The notes under the pieces were generated by a model. It searched no databases and was not told where the DNA came from. It was given only the letters and a program-made list of their open reading frames with translations. A stretch of 64,000 nucleotides of DNA from Candidatus Nanohaloarchaea archaeon (GTDB lineage: Archaea > Nanohalarchaeota > Nanosalinia > Nanosalinales > Nanosalinaceae): the NCBI GenBank assembly GCA_014297435.1, contig JACOQA010000001.1:32001-96000 (forward strand), given 5' to 3'. The position numbers and the translations under genes are program-made. Below are positions 59,366 to 64,000 of this stretch, one piece after another. The stretch's first letter is position 1; every line of letters begins with the position of its first letter.

Positions 59366-60682
59366 ATGAAAGTATACACTATAGGCGGTTACGAGGAAGT
59401 CGGCCGCAACATGACAGCAGTGGAAGTTGACGGCGAAGCCGTCATCTTCGACATGGGATTCGAAATGGAAGAAGTAATCAACGCCGATGGCGAAGTCGAC
59501 CAGATGACAACCAACCAGACTTTAGAAACAGGCGCAATCCCGATCGACGAAGTTCTCTACGAAAACGACGTAGAAGTAAAAGCAATCATCATCGGACACG
59601 GGCACCTCGACCACGTAGGAGCAATTCCAAAACTGGCAGGAGCATATGATGCGCCGATTGTTTGCACACCTTACACGAAGAAAATTGTCGAAAACAACAT
59701 CGAAGGTGACAGGAAAAACATCGACAATGATGTGATCGGAGTCGAGAAAGGAGAAGATTACAGTGTCTCCGAGAATCTTGACTTGGAGTTCATGCACGTC
59801 AACCACTCCATCCCTCAGGCAACACTCTCACTTCTTAAAACACCTGAAGGCGGAGTAGTCTACGGAAACGACATGAAAATCGACTACAGCCCTGTAATCG
59901 AGGAAACAACAGACATCGAAAGACTCAAATCCGCGGGAGAAGAAGGTGTCAAACTAATGATCCCCGGAACAACAAACGTATGCGATGAAGGAAGATGTCG
60001 TTCTGAGAAATCTGTTGAACAGGAGCTTGAAGACGTAATGAACTCCTGTTACGCCAACGGCGGCGCGGTAGTAATGTCAACATTCTCCTCACAGATCTCA
60101 AGACTGAACTCGATCATCGACGCAAACAACGGAAGAAGAAGAATCGCGTTCGTGGGAAGAAGCCTGAAGGAGTATACTCAGGCAGCTGAAGAACTAGGTC
60201 TGATCGATCTTTCTGAAGTTGAAGTAGTTTCGTACTTCGACGAGGTTCAAGATCTTATGAACCGTGTTTCCGGAAACAAGGACGAATGGTTGATCGTAGC
60301 AACAGGAAACCAGGGAGAACCTGGAGCACAGATGGACAAGCTTGCTACAGGACAGTACCCATTCGACTTCGAGAAAGGAGACCATGTAATCTTCTCCTCG
60401 AGAACAATCCCAACACCTCCGACAGAGGCAAACAGGTACAACCTTGAGAAGAAGTTGAAAGAGAAAGGAGTAAGAGTTTATCCTGGAGTACACACATCAG
60501 GACACGCGAAGAAAGAAGACCACAGAGACTTCATCAACCACCTACAGCCTGATAACATTGTTCCTTCCCACGGAACAATTCAGAAGCTTGGGGACTACGT
60601 TGAACTAGCAAGACAGGAAGGCTACACTCTAGAAGACGACGTCTTCATCGGAGAGAACGGAAGAGTAATCGAGATCGAGTAA
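59366..60682 (+). CDS. rnj: Ribonuclease J (beta-CASP)
   Basis: GGYEEVGRNM, HGHLDHVG, NHSIP, TGNQGEP, HTSGHA, PSHG. Confidence 0.95.
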   Translation: MKVYTIGGYEEVGRNMTAVEVDGEAVIFDMGFEMEEVINADGEVDQMTTNQTLETGAIPIDEVLYENDVEVKAIIIGHGHLDHVGAIPKLAGAYDAPIVCTPYTKKIVENNIEGDRKNIDNDVIGVEKGEDYSVSENLDLEFMHVNHSIPQATLSLLKTPEGGVVYGNDMKIDYSPVIEETTDIERLKSAGEEGVKLMIPGTTNVCDEGRCRSEKSVEQELEDVMNSCYANGGAVVMSTFSSQISRLNSIIDANNGRRRIAFVGRSLKEYTQAAEELGLIDLSEVEVVSYFDEVQDLMNRVSGNKDEWLIVATGNQGEPGAQMDKLATGQYPFDFEKGDHVIFSSRTIPTPPTEANRYNLEKKLKEKGVRVYPGVHTSGHAKKEDHRDFINHLQPDNIVPSHGTIQKLGDYVELARQEGYTLEDDVFIGENGRVIEIE

Positions 60683-60701
60683 ACTTCTTTCTCTCCACTT
60701 T

Positions 60702-61178
60702 TTATTTCTCTATTCTTAATCTGTCTCCTTTACTAATTGAATGATTCTCGGCAAAGCCCTGATTTAGCTCTACCACATACTGCGCGGGCTCCTCGCTTCT
60801 ATAAGACGCAAGATTTTCCTCAGCTGTGTTCGGTTCAGGTTCAGCTTTCTCGATATTGATTACGGTATAGTTTGAATCGAGGAAGATAATGTCTAGCGGT
60901 ATGTACGTGTTTTTCATCCAGAACCATCTATCATCATCTTCCTGGTATTTGAAAAGCATTCCGTGATTTTTGGTAAGGCTGGTTCTGTTCATGAGTCCCT
61001 TCCGTCTTTCTGAGGAAGTATCCGCAACCTCGAGACTTACTTCTGCTAAAGTATCATTACTTGAGACAAAACTAGCATCAATAGTTTCATCGTTTAGCAG
61101 GTAGTTAGTAATGCCCATGCCTATCAGGGCGGCTGCAAACCCTACAGAAACCAGTTTAAAGATTTCTGATTTTTCCAT
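60702..61178 (-). CDS. DUF192 family protein with N-terminal anchor
   Basis: EVADT...RKGLMNR...GMLF...FWMKNTYIPLDIIF...YVVELNQG. Confidence 0.92.
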   Translation of the reverse strand: MEKSEIFKLVSVGFAAALIGMGITNYLLNDETIDASFVSSNDTLAEVSLEVADTSSERRKGLMNRTSLTKNHGMLFKYQEDDDRWFWMKNTYIPLDIIFLDSNYTVINIEKAEPEPNTAEENLASYRSEEPAQYVVELNQGFAENHSISKGDRLRIEK

Positions 61179-61302
61179 AAAACTTACCTATCTTTGAAGA
61201 TAACTTTGGAAGGATTTGAGGTGTGAAGAAAATTGTCAGTATAATTGATATGAATAGTGCCTCCCCGAATCCAAGACTGAAGGGGAGCGGTATAAACAAC
61301 AT
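61156..61302 (-). CDS. Unannotated 48-aa TatA/TatB-like protein
   Basis: Manual translation: MLFIPLPFSLGFGEALFISIILTIFFTPQILPKLSSKIGKFYGKIRNL. Confidence 0.6.
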   Translation of the reverse strand: MLFIPLPFSLGFGEALFISIILTIFFTPQILPKLSSKIGKFYGKIRNL

Positions 61303-61371
61303 AGAAAGCTCTTGTCTCCGCTCCGTTAAATCTTCGTTGGTTATAAAGAGGTTTTTCTCAATTTTTTTATC

Positions 61372-63054
61372 ATGGAACTTGAAGAACTCGCCCGCAAATA
61401 TGCCTTAAAGAATGCCTCCGAGTACGGAGGGGAATGCAACCCTGGAGCAGTAATCGGACAGATCATGAGCGAGGAAGACTTCGATCCTCAAAAGGTCCAG
61501 CAAGTTGCAGGAAAAGTATGTGGTGAAGTTAACCAGCTTTCTGTAGAAGAAATTGAAGAAGAGCTGGAAAACTACGATTATGAGGAGAAAACGCATGAAC
61601 ATGATCCAATACCTGATCTGGATGTCGATGAGGATGAAGAGGTGGTTGTGCGTTTCGCTCCGAATCCGAATGGTCCTCCCCACATAGGTCACGCCAGAGG
61701 CATGGTTATCAACGGTGAGCTTAAGCAGAAGTATGAAGGAAAGCTTATACTAAGATTTGATGACACCGATCCAAGGAACAAGAGACCTCTGAAGACCGAG
61801 AGCGCCGACGCATATAAGATGTATCAGGAGGATTACGACTGGCTTGGTTACGAGGTCGATGAGGTTCGTTATAGTTCGAAAAACTTTGACAAGTATATCG
61901 AGTACGCTGAAAAATTGATAGAGAAAGAGAAAGCCTACGTATGCTTCTGTTCTCAGGAAGAAGGCAGCAAGTACCGCAGAGAAGGAGAGGCATGTCCTCA
62001 CAGAGGTAAGTCAGTTGAGGAAAACATGGCTGACTGGGAAGAGATGAAGAACGGTGAAATAAATGAAGGAGAAGCCGTCCTCAAAGTTAAGACAGATCTT
62101 GATCACAAGAACCCAGCTGTACGAGACTTCGCAGCTTTCCGGATTATAGAGGATCCAGACCATCCAATAACTGGTGACAAATACCGTGTGTGGCCGATGC
62201 TAGATCTCGCAGGAGCATTGGAAGACCATTTCATGGGAACTACTCATATCGTACGTGGAAAAGACCTTAGAGCCTCAACAAAGAGACAGAAGTACATTTA
62301 CGACTACTTCGACTGGGAATACCCAGACATTCGTTACTGGGGTAATATTCAGATCTCCGGTTTCGACGCTCCTGTATCTGGCTCCACTCTTGGAAACATG
62401 ATTGAACAAGGAGAGCTCGATGGATGGGATGATGCACGTGCTCCAACGTTGAGAGCGTTGATGAAGAGAGGTTTCCAGCCTGAAGCAATCCAAGAATTCT
62501 TTATAGATCTTGGCGTAACGGAGAAAGATATTGAGGCTTCAGCAGAAACACTGGAATCGGAGAACAGAGATATAGTCGATGAGAAAGCAGCCAGATACTT
62601 CTTCGTAAGTGATCCTATCGAATTAACAATTGAGGATGTCCCAAACGATGTACAACCGGAAATGCAGGTACATCCAGACTTCCCCGAAAGAGGCACCAGA
62701 AAACCTGAGATAGAGAGGCAGGGCAAGGAGATCAAGTTACTGGTCGAAAAGAATGATCTTGAGGAGGGATTTCTCAGGTTGAAAGGTCTCTGTAACTTAG
62801 AAATAACTGATGTTGAGAAAGGCAGGGCAGTATACCGTGAAGGAGACCACAAACTAGCTCTTGAAAAAGAAGCGGATATAGTTCACTGGTGTCCTAGAGA
62901 TTCTGAAGAAGCAAAAGTATCTATGCCTAATGGTTCTATCGTTGAAGGTGTTTTAGAGCCCTCGAATATCGACAACGGCGAGGTAGTACAATTCGAGAGG
63001 TTTGGATTCGTTCGGCGTGAGCGAAATTCGGAGTTCTACTTCGCTCACCAATAA
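61372..63054 (+). CDS. gltX: Glutamyl-tRNA synthetase (archaeal, presumably non-discriminating)
   Basis: RFAPNPNGPPHIGH, LRFDDTDP, THIVRGKD, QFERFGF. Confidence 0.97.
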   Translation: MELEELARKYALKNASEYGGECNPGAVIGQIMSEEDFDPQKVQQVAGKVCGEVNQLSVEEIEEELENYDYEEKTHEHDPIPDLDVDEDEEVVVRFAPNPNGPPHIGHARGMVINGELKQKYEGKLILRFDDTDPRNKRPLKTESADAYKMYQEDYDWLGYEVDEVRYSSKNFDKYIEYAEKLIEKEKAYVCFCSQEEGSKYRREGEACPHRGKSVEENMADWEEMKNGEINEGEAVLKVKTDLDHKNPAVRDFAAFRIIEDPDHPITGDKYRVWPMLDLAGALEDHFMGTTHIVRGKDLRASTKRQKYIYDYFDWEYPDIRYWGNIQISGFDAPVSGSTLGNMIEQGELDGWDDARAPTLRALMKRGFQPEAIQEFFIDLGVTEKDIEASAETLESENRDIVDEKAARYFFVSDPIELTIEDVPNDVQPEMQVHPDFPERGTRKPEIERQGKEIKLLVEKNDLEEGFLRLKGLCNLEITDVEKGRAVYREGDHKLALEKEADIVHWCPRDSEEAKVSMPNGSIVEGVLEPSNIDNGEVVQFERFGFVRRERNSEFYFAHQ

Positions 63055-63151
63055 CCTTCTACATTACCCCATAATTGGGTTTTCTTTCAATTGTCTGTTT
63101 GTATCAGTATTTAAGTGGTGGCGCGGTCAGTGTAATCCCCGGTGAGCGCCC

Positions 63152-63313
63152 ATGAAGCCCGAGAACACGGAGAAGAGCAGATCAAGATCGATCGCTAGAA
63201 AAGCAGAAAAGCTAGGTCGTGACGTTATAACCGGTGAAAGAATCTTTACAAACGATTCATATGTTAAGACCAATGAGGGGTACTGTCTAAGAAAGAATCT
63301 TTCCGGTATTTAG
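63152..63313 (+). CDS. Unannotated 53-aa small protein
   Basis: TATTTAAG TATA-like box, GGTGA SD, ORF MKPENTEKSRSRSIARKAEKLGRDVITGERIFTNDSYVKTNEGYCLRKNLSGI, then a pyrimidine tract. Confidence 0.45.
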   Translation: MKPENTEKSRSRSIARKAEKLGRDVITGERIFTNDSYVKTNEGYCLRKNLSGI

Positions 63314-63394
63314 ACCCTTCAAACACATCCTCCTTCATTTCTTCAACCCTTCATAAGCCAATTGAAACAATCTTTATCTTACAGAAGGAGGGTT

Positions 63395-63548
63395 TGGGAA
63401 TGCCGGGGTTCGAACCCGGGACCTCTGCGTATCTCACACTTCTGGAAACCTGTTTAATCATTGGAAGACCGGCTATCCAGAATCGCCGGAACTCCTCATC
63501 GCTCATAGATGTTATGAGCGCAGCGCTCTACCACTGAGCCACATTCCC
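63395..63548 (-). tRNA. tRNA-Met(CAT), probably elongator, with an 82-nt intron at 37/38 (63431-63512)
   Basis: Acceptor GGGAATG/CATTCCC-A, anticodon stem CTGCG/CGCAG, T-arm GGTTCGAACC, BHB helix CTCA/TGAG; mature length 72 nt. Confidence 0.92.
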
Positions 63549-63596
63549 TCGTAAATATAGGATGACACTAAACCTTTTTTAATTCCAACAGAACTT

Positions 63597-63908
63597 CTAG
63601 AGGTCTTTAGCCTGCCTGTAAATATCCCAGTTAATATTGCTTAGATCAGACTTCTCGTACTCTGTCATGACGCCACATTCTTCGCAACCGACGTAGTCTG
63701 GTGGTTCTTCAGGGTTATCTTCTTTCGACTCCCAGACAAGCACAACGGGATAATCTTCACTCGCCCATTCACATTTGTAGTGAGAAACCGGTCTGTCAAG
63801 AACCAGTTTGTCTATCTTATTCCACGTTTCAATTGATTCTTCTTCCTCTTCCAGAATCCGAGTTGCGATTCCGTGTTCTTCAGAACCTCGCAGATTTTCG
63901 GTAGACAT
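63597..63908 (-). CDS. Hypothetical protein with a possible Zn site
   Basis: HYKC...CEEC; lies between two tRNA genes. Confidence 0.55.
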   Translation of the reverse strand: MSTENLRGSEEHGIATRILEEEEESIETWNKIDKLVLDRPVSHYKCEWASEDYPVVLVWESKEDNPEEPPDYVGCEECGVMTEYEKSDLSNINWDIYRQAKDL

Positions 63909-63948
63909 TACTAAACAAATGGAGAACAAACTATATTATGGTGGCGAG

Positions 63949-64000
63949 TGGGTTCGCCCGGATTCGAACCGGGGATCTCCGCCATGTCAAGGCGGTGTCA
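63949..64000 (-). tRNA. tRNA-Val(GAC), 5' part outside the window
   Basis: Anticodon arm CCGCC-TT-GAC-AT-GGCGG, T-arm GGTTCGAATCC, 3' GAACCC-A. Confidence 0.9.

Noticed and set aside
1-64000. CRISPR arrays, IS elements, rRNA genes
   Set aside because: No regularly spaced repeats, transposase ORFs or rRNA-like segments noticed by eye.

Overview
Archaeal chromosomal window with a strongly acidic (Glu/Asp-rich) proteome, moderate GC and very dense gene packing. It most plausibly comes from a Nanohaloarchaeota (DPANN) ectosymbiont; this is an inference, as no rRNA is present. Housekeeping genes include aIF2-gamma, eS6, Trk K+ uptake, photolyase, Lhr, RFC, thermosome, GatD/GatE, GluRS, RNase J, Tat, tRNA-Met with an intron, and a partial tRNA-Val. 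Accessory content: (i) an MscS-C39-like fusion plus three ATP-grasp genes lying between eif2g and the PIN gene; (ii) a MoxR-DUF58-VWA cluster lying between lhr and its usual phosphoesterase partner; (iii) a type IV pilus locus split into two parts, with 11 class III signal peptide proteins and an apparently duplicated minor-pilin cassette; (iv) a 53.4-58.2 kb module of two secreted proteins with phage tail-fibre-like motifs (one with a twin-arginine signal) plus NPP-family and PAPS-reductase/CysD-family enzymes, directly upstream of tatAC. Manual reading also suggests three genes starting at ATT/ATC, an unannotated second TatA/B-like gene, and a tRNA-Met intron that appears to encode a box C/D guide for its own C34. 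Family calls come from motif recognition only; no database searches were run.
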